From Candidatus Gottesmanbacteria bacterium (GTDB taxonomy: Bacteria > Patescibacteriota > Microgenomatia > 2-02-FULL-39-11), in contig JACPZE010000029.1 in assembly GCA_016195685.1 (NCBI GenBank), forward strand, positions 1 to 54,877: a stretch of DNA of 54,877 nt. Reading direction: 5' to 3'. The notes under the pieces are model-generated. The model saw nothing but the letters and a program-made list of their open reading frames with translations, was not told the origin of the DNA and ran no database searches. This document shows positions 1 to 10,229 of this stretch, piece by piece. The number at the start of each line of letters is the position of its first letter. Position 1 is the stretch's first letter. The translations under genes were made by a program, and so were the position numbers.

Positions 1-60
1 GAAGAACGGATTGCCCAAATATCACAAGCTGTTTATCAATATTTTGTAAAAGAAAAATAA
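1..60 (+). CDS. 3' end of a gene entering the window (EERIAQISQAVYQYFVKEK*), product unassigned; loosely resembles C-termini of class A beta-lactamase-like serine hydrolases
   Basis: Open frame 1-60 ending in TAA, convergent with rnj; only 19 residues visible. Confidence 0.35.
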   Translation, partial: EERIAQISQAVYQYFVKEK

Positions 61-61
61 T

Positions 62-1765
62 TTAGACTTTTATAACTACAGAAAGGATAAGAGGTCGACG
101 GTGGGTTTCGCGGTATAGGAATTCTTCCAAGTTTCCTTCAATTTGTTTTCTCACATATTGCCAATCGATAAGTCTCCCTTTTTTCAGGCGCAGAGAATTG
201 ACGATAACTTTTCTTGCATCATCAAGGAGTTTGCCTGATTCTTTCATATAAATAAACCCTCTAGAAATGATATCCGGTTCAGCAGTGACACGGCCGGAAT
301 TTTGTTCAATAGGTACAACTACGATTAATATTCCATCGTTTGCCATAGTTTGCCTGTCACGCAGTACAACGTTGCCGATATCGCCAACTCCAAGTCCATC
401 AACCATAATATTTTTCAAATCTAAACGTTGGGTAATTTTGAAATTATGATTTCCATCAAATTCGATAATTTCTCCATCTTTGGGTAAGATAAGCTGTTTA
501 TCCAAGTACCCCATATTTTTGGCCATATCAGCGTAATGCCTCATTTGCCGGAAAGTTCCACCTATAGGCATGATATATTTGGGACGGGTCAGGCCAATCA
601 TAAGAGCTAAGTCATTGGCAGCACCATGTCCTGAGACATGTAATGCATCAGTGATATCTGAATAAGCGACACGCGCGCCTGAAGCAGTAAGAATATCGAT
701 AAGTTGATGCACGGCATTTTCATATCCTGGAATAGGATCTGCAGAGAAAACGACAACATCTCCAGGGTTAACTGATGCAAATTTATGTTGTCCTTGTGCC
801 ATGCGCATGAGAGCGGAATGTGGTTGTGCCTGACTGCCGGTGACAATGATAGCCAAGTCTGTTGGTTTATATTTCCTTATCTCTTTTTCATTCACTACTA
901 ACATATCCGGAAAATCCAAATATTTTAACCTTCTGGTTACTTCCACATTCTCTACAATAGAACGGCCTAAAAAGGCAATTTTACGATTATTTTTCACGGC
1001 TACATTTATAGCCTGTTGAATTCTAGAAATATTGGATGATTGGGTGGTAAAAATAAATTTGCCGGGACAGTTTCTAATTTCTTTCTCCAGGGTTTCTTCA
1101 ATTGATTTTTCGGATAAAGTGTAGCCGGGTGATTCTACCCGAACGCAATCAGAAAGCAAACATAAAATTCCATCCTGGGCAGTTTTTGCAATTTTTCCTA
1201 CTTCCGTTTGAAGGCCATCTATCGGAGTCCAGTCAAATTTAAAATCACTACCATGATAAAAAATACCTACTGGAGTTCTTATGATTAAATTTGCAGCATC
1301 CGGTATAGAGTGAGTGACATGTACAAACTCTACGGAAAAAGGACCAAAGCGAAGAACATCTTGGAGTCCTACTGTATGGACTTGCGCGTGAAGGCCGAAA
1401 TCCTGTAGTTTCACCTCTGTGAGTGCTGCGGTAAGTCTAGTGCCGTAAACCGGAACTTTTAATTCTGGCAATATATATGGAAGCGCTGCGATATGATCTT
1501 CATGTCCGTGGGTCAATACAATTGCACGAATTTTATCTTTTTTATCCCGCAAATATGAGATATCAGGAATCACTAAATCTACCCCATACATATCTTCATC
1601 TGGAAAGCCGATTCCACAGTCAACGATTAAAATATCAGAAATAGTTTTCGGATCACGCCTATACTCATAGACGTACATGTTTTTCGTTACATTTCCGCTG
1701 CCGCCCAGAGGAATTAGTCTAACAGATCCTAAATTTTGGGAGAGGGGATTATGAAAAATTGACAT
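62..1765 (-). CDS. rnj: Ribonuclease J
   Basis: PLGG...KNM start, DCG, metallo-beta-lactamase HGHEDH, THSIPD, DFK, beta-CASP region, HVSGH, C-terminal RRP motif. Confidence 0.95.
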   Translation of the reverse strand: MSIFHNPLSQNLGSVRLIPLGGSGNVTKNMYVYEYRRDPKTISDILIVDCGIGFPDEDMYGVDLVIPDISYLRDKKDKIRAIVLTHGHEDHIAALPYILPELKVPVYGTRLTAALTEVKLQDFGLHAQVHTVGLQDVLRFGPFSVEFVHVTHSIPDAANLIIRTPVGIFYHGSDFKFDWTPIDGLQTEVGKIAKTAQDGILCLLSDCVRVESPGYTLSEKSIEETLEKEIRNCPGKFIFTTQSSNISRIQQAINVAVKNNRKIAFLGRSIVENVEVTRRLKYLDFPDMLVVNEKEIRKYKPTDLAIIVTGSQAQPHSALMRMAQGQHKFASVNPGDVVVFSADPIPGYENAVHQLIDILTASGARVAYSDITDALHVSGHGAANDLALMIGLTRPKYIMPIGGTFRQMRHYADMAKNMGYLDKQLILPKDGEIIEFDGNHNFKITQRLDLKNIMVDGLGVGDIGNVVLRDRQTMANDGILIVVVPIEQNSGRVTAEPDIISRGFIYMKESGKLLDDARKVIVNSLRLKKGRLIDWQYVRKQIEGNLEEFLYRETHRRPLILSVVIKV

Positions 1766-1793
1766 TGATTTATTGTAGCATGAAATTTAGAAT

Positions 1794-3584
1794 TCATCGT
1801 CTTTTGTAACGTTGTGCTTGTGTAGTATAAAGTTTTGCATATTTACCTCTTTCATTCATAAGCGTATTATGAGTTCCTTCCTCTATAATTTTCCCTTTAT
1901 CAATCACGACGATTCTTTGTGCATCTTTAATTGTTGAAAACCTATGGGAAATAAAAATTAATGTATTTTCTTTCATCTCACCTATCAATCGGTCAAATAT
2001 TTCCATCTCACTTCTGGCGTCCACGGCAGACGTTGGCTCATCCAGGATTAAAACCGGTGCCTTTTTCGCGTATGCTCTAGCAATTGCCAGTCTTTGCCAT
2101 TGACCGCCGGATAAATCTATTCCATGGGTAAATTCGCTCCCTAGCTGCTGGTCAAGACGATCGTAGGATTTTTTTATGAATTCCCAGGAGTTTGAAAATT
2201 GAAGAAACTTCACTAGTTCTTCATCAGTCAACTTTTTCCTTGCAGCCATCTCCAGATTTTCGCGTATAGTGAAATAAAATTTTCCATAAGCTTGGAAAAG
2301 TGTTGAATATATATTAAATAACTTTTCTTCTGGAATCTCTTTGATATCCTTTCCGTTTATGGTGATTTTTCCCTCCAGCGGATCATACATACGCAGAAGC
2401 AACTTTACGAGAGTTGTTTTTCCCGCTCCATTTTCTCCAACGAGTGCGACTTTTTGACCAAAAGGAATTTCCAGATTAATATTTTTTAAGACGAAATTTC
2501 CCCCTTGTGTATATTTAAAAGAAACATTTTCTATTTTTATAACAGGATCTTTTAATTTCTCTATTAACTGTTGATCTTTCTCGCCAGTAATAATAGGAAA
2601 TGTTATATGCGGCTGTAAATCAAAAAATTCTATTGCGTCTTTCATAAATAAACTATCCGCATGTAGATGACCGATATTTTGTCCCAGATTAAATAATGTT
2701 CCATTAAAAGATAATGAATTAAAAAATAAAAATAAAAATTGTCCGGCAGAAATAATTCCACGTGTTACTTCGTTGGCAATAAAAAGCGAATAAGCAAATA
2801 TTGAGAGTGTTGGTAAAAATCCAGAAAGAGTGTTGTATGTTATGTGCTTTTTCTCGATTTTCAGCTGATGGTTGGTAAATTGTCGATACGTGCTGATTAT
2901 TTTTTCTTTAAAAAAACTAAAAGCTCTGTAAAGCTTGATTTCCGGCAACGTATCTTTGGAGAAAAGTGTATTTGTTATGTATTCAAATTTACGCTTTATT
3001 TCGTCGTCAGCCCGGTATATCAAAAATACGCCATAAGCTTGGCGGGAGTTTATATAAATATGTATAAAATTGGCAAGAATTACTAAAATACCAAGAATGG
3101 GGGACACGTAAATAAATATAGCTGTACTGATGAGTACTTTTATAAATCCGCTATAGACATCTATAATTGCCTTGAGATAATATTTGAACTGAAACTGAAA
3201 ACGATTAAAGGCTCTAGCGGCAAGACCTACATTTTTCGGATCATCAAAAATAGATAAATCAAGAGTTGATAATTTATCTATAAACTTACCATTTAGGAAA
3301 ATAGCTAAGTGAGAATCCAATAAATTCCAAATATAACCGGATATCCCGTCTAAAACTTTATATAAAAGATAATAAATCAGAAGAACAATTATAATTCCAT
3401 AAAGAGAGAGTCCAAGAATAGTTTTTGTGTGGTTGATCGTATCAATAACTTCTTTATAGCTTAAGAGGTCGATTATAAATGTAAGAGCAAGAATTGTTTG
3501 GATGAAGAAATAAATGAGTAGTAGTTTTTTACTTACTTCCCAACTAGCTTTGAGTGTAAATTTAACCGACTGCCAAATCTCCAT
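1794..3584 (-). CDS. ABC exporter, fused permease/ATP-binding protein
   Basis: N-terminal TM helices; Walker A GENGAGKTT, signature LSGGQWQR, Walker B LILDEPT, ISHR H-loop. Confidence 0.92.
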   Translation of the reverse strand: MEIWQSVKFTLKASWEVSKKLLLIYFFIQTILALTFIIDLLSYKEVIDTINHTKTILGLSLYGIIIVLLIYYLLYKVLDGISGYIWNLLDSHLAIFLNGKFIDKLSTLDLSIFDDPKNVGLAARAFNRFQFQFKYYLKAIIDVYSGFIKVLISTAIFIYVSPILGILVILANFIHIYINSRQAYGVFLIYRADDEIKRKFEYITNTLFSKDTLPEIKLYRAFSFFKEKIISTYRQFTNHQLKIEKKHITYNTLSGFLPTLSIFAYSLFIANEVTRGIISAGQFLFLFFNSLSFNGTLFNLGQNIGHLHADSLFMKDAIEFFDLQPHITFPIITGEKDQQLIEKLKDPVIKIENVSFKYTQGGNFVLKNINLEIPFGQKVALVGENGAGKTTLVKLLLRMYDPLEGKITINGKDIKEIPEEKLFNIYSTLFQAYGKFYFTIRENLEMAARKKLTDEELVKFLQFSNSWEFIKKSYDRLDQQLGSEFTHGIDLSGGQWQRLAIARAYAKKAPVLILDEPTSAVDARSEMEIFDRLIGEMKENTLIFISHRFSTIKDAQRIVVIDKGKIIEEGTHNTLMNERGKYAKLYTTQAQRYKRR

Positions 3585-3633
3585 AAATTCATTGTAGCAA
3601 AATATAAAAGAAGAAATTTATACGAGAATTTAT

Positions 3634-4725
3634 TTACCAAGTAGGTAAGAATTGCTTTACGTTTTCCACTGTGATGTGGAAAGATTGACCTTTTCCTTCG
3701 ACTATCATTCTTGCAACTTTTCTGCAAACTCCATTGATAGTTCGCTCCAATGTCCTTATCCCGGAATCAAAACCAAGAGGTCGCACAATCTGTGGCCAGA
3801 CATTATCATCTATTTGTAGTTGGCTATCATTTAATCCTGCATCCTGTTTGATCTTGGGAAAGACATAAGATTTCCCTATAATGATTTTTTCATCATCATT
3901 GTATGATGGCATCTGAATAGGTTCAAGCCTGTCCATGACGGCTGTAGAAATATTTCCGGTATTATTGGCTGTTGCTATAAAAAGAACTTCAGAAAGATTG
4001 AATGGATAATCTATGTAATGATCGACAAAAGCACTATTTTGTTCCGGATCCAATAATTCCACCAATACTCCCATAATATCGGATCGGGCCTCCTCTGTCA
4101 CACGATCCAATTCATCGAGTAGAATCACAGGATTTTTCGTTGCAGCACGTCTGAGCGCTTTCATAACTTGGCCTACTTCTGCATCCGGATGTACCCTGGA
4201 TTGTCCGCGTAAATCCAGCGCTGAACCCATACCGCCAAAAGGTATACGGACAAAGGGTCTGTTCATAGCTTCGGCAATGGATTTGGCAATTGTTGTTTTA
4301 CCTGTACCCACAAGACCTACAAAAAAAAGGATGGGCGCCCGCATAAAATTATGGTCCTCATTCTTTCCTTCTTTTTTTGACTGTTCTATATTTAGTTTCA
4401 TCACAGAAAGATACTCCAAAATTCTATCTTTTATATCTTTAAGTCCATAGTGATATTTTTCCAATATATCTTTGGCATGATTGATATCCAGATTATCGCT
4501 ACTTCTTTTATCCCAGGGAAGATTAGTTATCCAATCGACATAGCTTGCTACTTGATCAAACCCAGTGAAATACCCTCCGTATTTAAAACTTAATGCAGCA
4601 CGGTTAATCATAGAATCTGCTTTTTCTTTAAGGTCAGGAGGAAGTGATACGGCGGAGAGTTGTTGTTTTAACTTCGCCAGTTCAGCTGTTTCATTAGAAT
4701 TATTAGATTGGGCAGACGTATCCAT
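3634..4725 (-). CDS. Lon-family AAA+ ATPase module lacking the N-domain and the protease domain
   Basis: YVDW..LPW, HYGL..IK.RILEYL, Walker A GLVGTGKT, Walker B ILLDELD, LLDPEQN..F.DHY, GIR.LER; ORF ends at 363 aa where the Lon protease domain would begin. Confidence 0.88.
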   Translation of the reverse strand: MDTSAQSNNSNETAELAKLKQQLSAVSLPPDLKEKADSMINRAALSFKYGGYFTGFDQVASYVDWITNLPWDKRSSDNLDINHAKDILEKYHYGLKDIKDRILEYLSVMKLNIEQSKKEGKNEDHNFMRAPILFFVGLVGTGKTTIAKSIAEAMNRPFVRIPFGGMGSALDLRGQSRVHPDAEVGQVMKALRRAATKNPVILLDELDRVTEEARSDIMGVLVELLDPEQNSAFVDHYIDYPFNLSEVLFIATANNTGNISTAVMDRLEPIQMPSYNDDEKIIIGKSYVFPKIKQDAGLNDSQLQIDDNVWPQIVRPLGFDSGIRTLERTINGVCRKVARMIVEGKGQSFHITVENVKQFLPTW

Positions 4726-4775
4726 AAAGATGAAATAATTATATCAGTTTTTACCGAAGAAGATGTGGTGTATTT

Positions 4776-5516
4776 TTAAACAATACGAGTTATCAAGTAT
4801 ATGAGAAGTACTCCTAAAAGCGTTAAAATTATGGTTTTCATGGAAGAATGTTTGCTATGAGCTTCTGGTAAGATATCTGACGCCCCGATATATAAAAGAA
4901 ATCCTGCAAAAAAACCTAAATAGATCAAAAGTGCATCATCTGGAATTTTAAAGATAAGAGTAGAGATTGTTCCCAATATAGGTGTTAGTGCATCGAGTAA
5001 AAGGAAGAATAGTGCAGTTTTATCTGTATTTTTATTCAAAATGACAAGTGAAACAGTATTTAACCCATCAGAAAAATCATGGGCTAACACTGCCAGAGCA
5101 ACAAGAATTCCTACATGTGCAGAAACCTGGAAACCAAGACCAATCCCTACTCCATCTAAGAATGAGTGAGCAGAAAGGGCTAAAGCGGAAAGTTGACCAA
5201 CAGAGGGATGTTTGTGCGGAGTGTACTGTTTTTCATGCCCATGGTGGATGAGTAGTAGTTTTTCCATCACGTGAAAAACTAAAAATCCTATGACTAATGC
5301 AATCATGGGTTGAGTAGGATTGGTGTGTGTATTGTTTACGATATTTATTATTTCTGGAAATATATCAAAGGCTACAACTCCAAGTATGACGCCGGATGTG
5401 AAGCCCAAAATGAGGTGAAGCTTGTTTTTGTATTTTAAACTAAACAAGCCTCCACAAAATGTGGATACGAAAGTAAGAAGTGAAAGAATGATTGGTTCGA
5501 TTTGGTTTATTGACAT
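4776..5516 (-). CDS. ZIP family (ZupT/GufA-like) divalent metal transporter
   Basis: About 8 TM segments, His-rich loop HHGHE..HKH, HSFLDG and AHDFSDG metal motifs, DILPEAH. Confidence 0.9.
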   Translation of the reverse strand: MSINQIEPIILSLLTFVSTFCGGLFSLKYKNKLHLILGFTSGVILGVVAFDIFPEIINIVNNTHTNPTQPMIALVIGFLVFHVMEKLLLIHHGHEKQYTPHKHPSVGQLSALALSAHSFLDGVGIGLGFQVSAHVGILVALAVLAHDFSDGLNTVSLVILNKNTDKTALFFLLLDALTPILGTISTLIFKIPDDALLIYLGFFAGFLLYIGASDILPEAHSKHSSMKTIILTLLGVLLIYLITRIV

Positions 5517-5538
5517 CTATTACAAAGTCCAAAAAATT

Positions 5539-6711
5539 CTAATCAGTGCAATCGCTACCAAGTCCGCCGACACAATTTTCTGTGGGAGGTTTACCTCTTT
5601 CCGGACATTTTAGTGAATACATGCAAGCTGTATCCGTGACTGACGCAAGTTGGTCTTGTATATTTTTATCATTGCCAGGACCGAAACTGATTAGAATCCG
5701 ATCTAAATCTTGTGAAATATAATCACCAAACTGTGTATTTTCTTTTCCATTTACGAACATTTTCAGGGTATCACTGGAATTATTTTTGTAATCTTCACCT
5801 GTATCCATTTTTAATTCACTATTGCTTAGTTGTATTCCTAAAGACGTGAAAAATTCACCTATTGTTATACCTCTTTTATGGAGGTGAATGGTGTTTCCGT
5901 TATTATCATGAAGGTGAATATTCTGATTTAACTCTTTTCCTTCTTTCGACTGGTATTTTGCTTGGCTGAAGTCTATCGATTTTCCATCCACGTAGACTTT
6001 AAAATCTACATGGGCATGATATTTCTCTGTGGGTGATTGAGTGATGGGAGATTTGATTATTGCTGCTTTAATAAGAGTTTTAAAATCTTCCAAACTGCCC
6101 GGGTTTTCCAGTTTTTCTCCGTTTAGAAAAAAAGTAGGCGTGGCGTCTACTCCAGCAGTATTTCCGTCGGCGATATCTCTTTCTACTTTTTTCTTGATTT
6201 TATCAGAGTCTAAATCTATTTTGAATTGATTTGTATCCATGCCTAGTGATTGTGCATACTGTATAAAAATGTCTTTGGCGTTTTGGGATAGAGACCACTT
6301 TGTCTGGCTTTCATAAATCGCATCATGCATCTGCCAGTATTTTCCCTGATTGCCAGCTGCCTCAGCGGCGTATGCGGATATTTTGGCATTTTGGTGTTGA
6401 TTAAGGGGAAAATTACGGAAAATGAAAGATAAGTTGTCTTTAAATTCGACGATTAATTGTTTCACTATAGGGTGATAGGTACCGCATGCTGGACACTGAA
6501 AATCTCCAAATTCTACTAAGGTAGCAGCAACTGTAGCTGTAACTGTTTTGTAACTATCATTCCGTATCAATATATCGTTATTTACTTTAACACCGGGAGT
6601 AGTGGAAGTAGTTTTATTGTCTTTGCCGAAAAACAAAACAGCGCCGATTATAATAGCGATTGTAGCTAAAATAATGCCGATAAAAAATTTAGTTTCACCA
6701 GTCATCCTCAT
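5539..6711 (-). CDS. Membrane-anchored DsbA/thioredoxin-fold protein with an extra His/Cys-rich C-terminal domain
   Basis: N-terminal TM, EFGDFQCPAC, FRNFPL, cis-Pro ATPTFFLNG; start moved to ATG 6711, which has GGGAG 8 nt upstream. Confidence 0.85.
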   Translation of the reverse strand: MRMTGETKFFIGIILATIAIIIGAVLFFGKDNKTTSTTPGVKVNNDILIRNDSYKTVTATVAATLVEFGDFQCPACGTYHPIVKQLIVEFKDNLSFIFRNFPLNQHQNAKISAYAAEAAGNQGKYWQMHDAIYESQTKWSLSQNAKDIFIQYAQSLGMDTNQFKIDLDSDKIKKKVERDIADGNTAGVDATPTFFLNGEKLENPGSLEDFKTLIKAAIIKSPITQSPTEKYHAHVDFKVYVDGKSIDFSQAKYQSKEGKELNQNIHLHDNNGNTIHLHKRGITIGEFFTSLGIQLSNSELKMDTGEDYKNNSSDTLKMFVNGKENTQFGDYISQDLDRILISFGPGNDKNIQDQLASVTDTACMYSLKCPERGKPPTENCVGGLGSDCTD

Positions 6712-6788
6712 AAGATTTTCTCCCAAAGAAGGCTATTATACCAGTGATGAGTAAAAAATTAAAGTTAATGCGATATAATAATGCATAT

Positions 6789-7649
6789 ATGAAGTATATC
6801 CCGACAAGATTATTGTATTCATTACTATTAATCTCACTTCTTCTATTTTTCCTATTGCCGAAAACTTATGCACATATGAGTGGTCAACCTTATATCAAAG
6901 TGAATGGAGAATATGCAAATGCTAATCCTCTTGTAGAAATAAGTTCTTCTTTAAATCCCACTACTGTGTTTCAAACAGGCCAGGATGAAGCTTCTTCTTC
7001 TGGATATTTGGTAAATGACAAAATCGTTTTTGAGATCGACGAGCAATTTGCTCCTTTTGCTTACACCGGTGGAGCCAATGGTTTTGGTAGCAATCAAGGC
7101 CCGATTAATAGTATAGTTTATCGATGGAATTTTGGAGATGGAAGTACGCCTAAAGAAGGTAAAAAAGTTACTTATGAGTATACTCATACCGGAACATTTT
7201 TTATCGACTTATCTATAAAAATACCCGATAAACAAGGCGATTTTACCAGTGTTGATACTATACAAATTCATATAAAACCCACAAAAGGTTATCAATTTCC
7301 CCAGGTAAAAATTAAAACCAACGGTAAAATAGTAGATGATCCGCTTTTTGATTCCGTGGAAATAAATCCTAACAGGACCGTCAATTTTGAGGCAGTAGAT
7401 TCTGTAGGTAATATCAGATCGTACCAATGGGATTTTGGAGATAATAGCGGAGGAAATGGACAGAAAGTACGTCATAAATATAATGCCAAAGATTTTTATG
7501 GTGGGTATTCTGTGCTTAGAATAGCGGATGAGAATAATATTATGGTAGATGTTTTTATCAATTTAAGTATACCGCTGAAGAAGCCAAATTTCTTTATCGG
7601 GATATTCGATGCAATTAAAGATTTCTTTTCTAATCTTTTCCATCGTTAA
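6789..7649 (+). CDS. Secreted protein with two PKD domains
   Basis: Signal peptide ending TYA-H; WNFGDG and WDFGDN PKD motifs; start moved to ATG 6789. Confidence 0.8.
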   Translation: MKYIPTRLLYSLLLISLLLFFLLPKTYAHMSGQPYIKVNGEYANANPLVEISSSLNPTTVFQTGQDEASSSGYLVNDKIVFEIDEQFAPFAYTGGANGFGSNQGPINSIVYRWNFGDGSTPKEGKKVTYEYTHTGTFFIDLSIKIPDKQGDFTSVDTIQIHIKPTKGYQFPQVKIKTNGKIVDDPLFDSVEINPNRTVNFEAVDSVGNIRSYQWDFGDNSGGNGQKVRHKYNAKDFYGGYSVLRIADENNIMVDVFINLSIPLKKPNFFIGIFDAIKDFFSNLFHR

Positions 7650-7683
7650 TTAATTTTCACTCCATGAAAAGGGCTTTTTATAA

Positions 7684-9846
7684 TTAAAATCTTCTTCTAG
7701 GGCGGTCGTATCCGCCTTCGCGTCGAGGGGGACGTGCTTGTGGAGGGCGTTTCTTGGCATCTTCTCCAAAAAGCATGGATAAATTAATTCTGCCTTGTAG
7801 ATCCATTTCAAGTACACGGACAGTTACTTGTTGACCTATTGTGACAACAGTTGTGGGATCAGCTATAAATTCTGTAGACATCTGTGAAACATGTACCATG
7901 CCTTCTTTCCCGGGTAATATCTCTACAAAGGCTCCAAAAGGTAAGATTCTTTTGACAATTCCCTGGTACACTTCTTCTGGCTTTACTTCTTTTATGATTC
8001 CGGCAACCCACTTTTGAGCTATTTCCACTTTGGCTGGATCAGTTCCGGCTATAGTCACTTTTCCGTCATCATCCACGTTTATATCACAACCAGTATCAGC
8101 GATAATTTGTCTGATCACTTTTCCTCCGGGACCAATTACTTCCCCAATTTTATCCTGAGGTACTAAAACCATGGCTACTTTTGGCGCATATTGAGATAGG
8201 GAAGTGCGTGGAGTAGGAAGGACTGCCAACATTTTTTCCAGGATGTGTAATCTTCCATCTTTGGCGCGTGTAAGAGTTTCGGCTATAAGATCCATTGACA
8301 GACCATCTATTTTGACGTCTAACTGTATGGCAGTGATACCATCTTTAGTGCCAGCTACTTTAAAATCCATATCCCCACAAAAATCCTCGATACCAATGAT
8401 ATCTGTAAGGAGAACATTCGTTTTACCATCACTAATAAGGCCGATTGCAAGACCGGCGACCGGATTTTTGATAGGTACGCCTGCATCCATGAGAGCAAGG
8501 GTTGATCCACAGGTTGAAGCCATAGATGTTGAACCATTGGAAGACATGACTTCCGATACTAGTCGGATCGTATATGGAAAGTTATCTTGAGATGGAATAA
8601 CGGGTAATAGTGCTCTTTCCGCAAGAGCTCCATGACCAATTTCTCGGCGAGATGGAAATCCTACCCTCCCTGTTTCGCCTACAGAATAAGGCGGCATGCT
8701 GTAATGATGCATGTATCGTTTGGCGGTTTCTCCTTCAGGACTCTCTATCAGTTGTTCAAGTGAAGGAGATCCCAGCGTTGCAACTGTCAAAACCTGAGTT
8801 TGTCCTCTTTTAAACATGGCAGAACCGTGAGTTCGGGGAAGAAGACCAACTTCTCCTTCAATAGGACGAATAGTTTGAGTATCCCTGCCATCAGGTCTTT
8901 TCCCTTTATTCAAAATGTCATACCGGATTTGTTTATCAAAAAGAGTACTGAGTGCTTTTTCAATGTCTTTTCGATCGTATTCTTCTGAGTATTTTTTCGC
9001 AATGGTATCAGTTAGAAGAACCAATTCGTCGCCTTCCCGTTCTTTGGCAACACGGGATAATATTATATCGGCTATATCATCTTTGTATTCTTTTTCCAGA
9101 ATCTTTATCAATTTTTCACTCAGAGTATTCTTTTCCATTTTGATTTTTTCCTTACCTACAACTTTTGTTAATTCGTTGATACATTTTATAATCTTTTCTG
9201 TTTCCTCTTTCCCAAACCGGATTCCGTTTAATACAATTTCATCCGGTAATTCTTTTGCCCCAGCCTCTAACATGACTACTTTTTCGGCTGTTGCAGATAC
9301 TATAAGATCCAAATCAGAAAGGGGCATCTCTTTTGTCCCTGGATTTGAGAAATAAGGCTGATTACCATTTTGAGGTGGAATGTATCCGACTCGTACAGAA
9401 CCGACAGGTCCATTCCATGGTAAAGGGGAAATGGATAGGGCCGCCGATGTGGCTATTATTGCCAATATATCCGGTTCATTTTCTCCGTCAACTGATAGAA
9501 CTGTAATGATTACCTGAATGTCATGATGGTAATTTTTATCAAAAAGGGGTCGAATTGAACGATCGATAAGTCTTGCTTTCAATATTGCGTCATCAGAAGG
9601 CCGGCCCTCTCTTTTTACCCAGCGACTTCCTTTGATACGTCCTCCTGCGTATAGTCTTTCAACATACTCAACTGAAAGAGGAAAATAATCAAGTTTAGAT
9701 TCATTAGATGCTGCAACGACTGTTGCAATAACCATGGTATCACCATATCTTGCAAGAACTGCCGACGTAGCCTGTTCGGCAAATCTTCCTACTTCAAGTG
9801 TTAGAGTGCGACTACCTATTTCTACAGATTTGGAAATGGTTTTCAT
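7684..9846 (-). CDS. pnp: Polyribonucleotide nucleotidyltransferase (PNPase)
   Basis: Two RNase PH domains (FPLSVEY, RREIGHG, SNGSTSMAS, GDMDFKVAGT), then KH (IGPGGK) and S1 (GMVHVS). Confidence 0.97.
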   Translation of the reverse strand: MKTISKSVEIGSRTLTLEVGRFAEQATSAVLARYGDTMVIATVVAASNESKLDYFPLSVEYVERLYAGGRIKGSRWVKREGRPSDDAILKARLIDRSIRPLFDKNYHHDIQVIITVLSVDGENEPDILAIIATSAALSISPLPWNGPVGSVRVGYIPPQNGNQPYFSNPGTKEMPLSDLDLIVSATAEKVVMLEAGAKELPDEIVLNGIRFGKEETEKIIKCINELTKVVGKEKIKMEKNTLSEKLIKILEKEYKDDIADIILSRVAKEREGDELVLLTDTIAKKYSEEYDRKDIEKALSTLFDKQIRYDILNKGKRPDGRDTQTIRPIEGEVGLLPRTHGSAMFKRGQTQVLTVATLGSPSLEQLIESPEGETAKRYMHHYSMPPYSVGETGRVGFPSRREIGHGALAERALLPVIPSQDNFPYTIRLVSEVMSSNGSTSMASTCGSTLALMDAGVPIKNPVAGLAIGLISDGKTNVLLTDIIGIEDFCGDMDFKVAGTKDGITAIQLDVKIDGLSMDLIAETLTRAKDGRLHILEKMLAVLPTPRTSLSQYAPKVAMVLVPQDKIGEVIGPGGKVIRQIIADTGCDINVDDDGKVTIAGTDPAKVEIAQKWVAGIIKEVKPEEVYQGIVKRILPFGAFVEILPGKEGMVHVSQMSTEFIADPTTVVTIGQQVTVRVLEMDLQGRINLSMLFGEDAKKRPPQARPPRREGGYDRPRRRF

Positions 9847-9879
9847 TAATTATTTATTGTGTGTTTCGGATATACGGGG

Positions 9880-10149
9880 TTATTTAGTTAATTTTAATTT
9901 TTTAACAACTTCCTTATATCGATCTTGCGCTTTTTTTTGTAAATAAGCAAGCAATCTTCGTCTTTTGGATACTACTCCCAGAAGTCCTCGTCTGGAGTGA
10001 TCATCTTTTGGATTGATTTTCAAATGGTCGACTAGTTTTTCAATTTTATAAGTTAAAAGGGCCACTTGTACTTCTGGACTGCCGGTATCACCACTTTTGA
10101 TGGCAAATTCCTTGATAATCTTTTTTTTATCGTCTACGGGAAGAACCAT
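9880..10149 (-). CDS. rpsO: 30S ribosomal protein S15
   Basis: [20 protein letters not shown]; canonical rpsO-pnp order. Confidence 0.97.
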   Translation of the reverse strand: MVLPVDDKKKIIKEFAIKSGDTGSPEVQVALLTYKIEKLVDHLKINPKDDHSRRGLLGVVSKRRRLLAYLQKKAQDRYKEVVKKLKLTK

Positions 10150-10229
10150 ATATAAAATAAATTAATCTTACGAAGATGAGTTATTATACAGGAAAGGCTT
10201 AGAAATCTCAATGGGTATTTGGAGAAGTT

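Noticed and set aside
10163-10180. ATCTT-CGT-AAGAT mini-hairpin in the rpsO leader as an S15 operator
   Set aside because: A 5-bp AT-rich stem is too weak to support without comparative data
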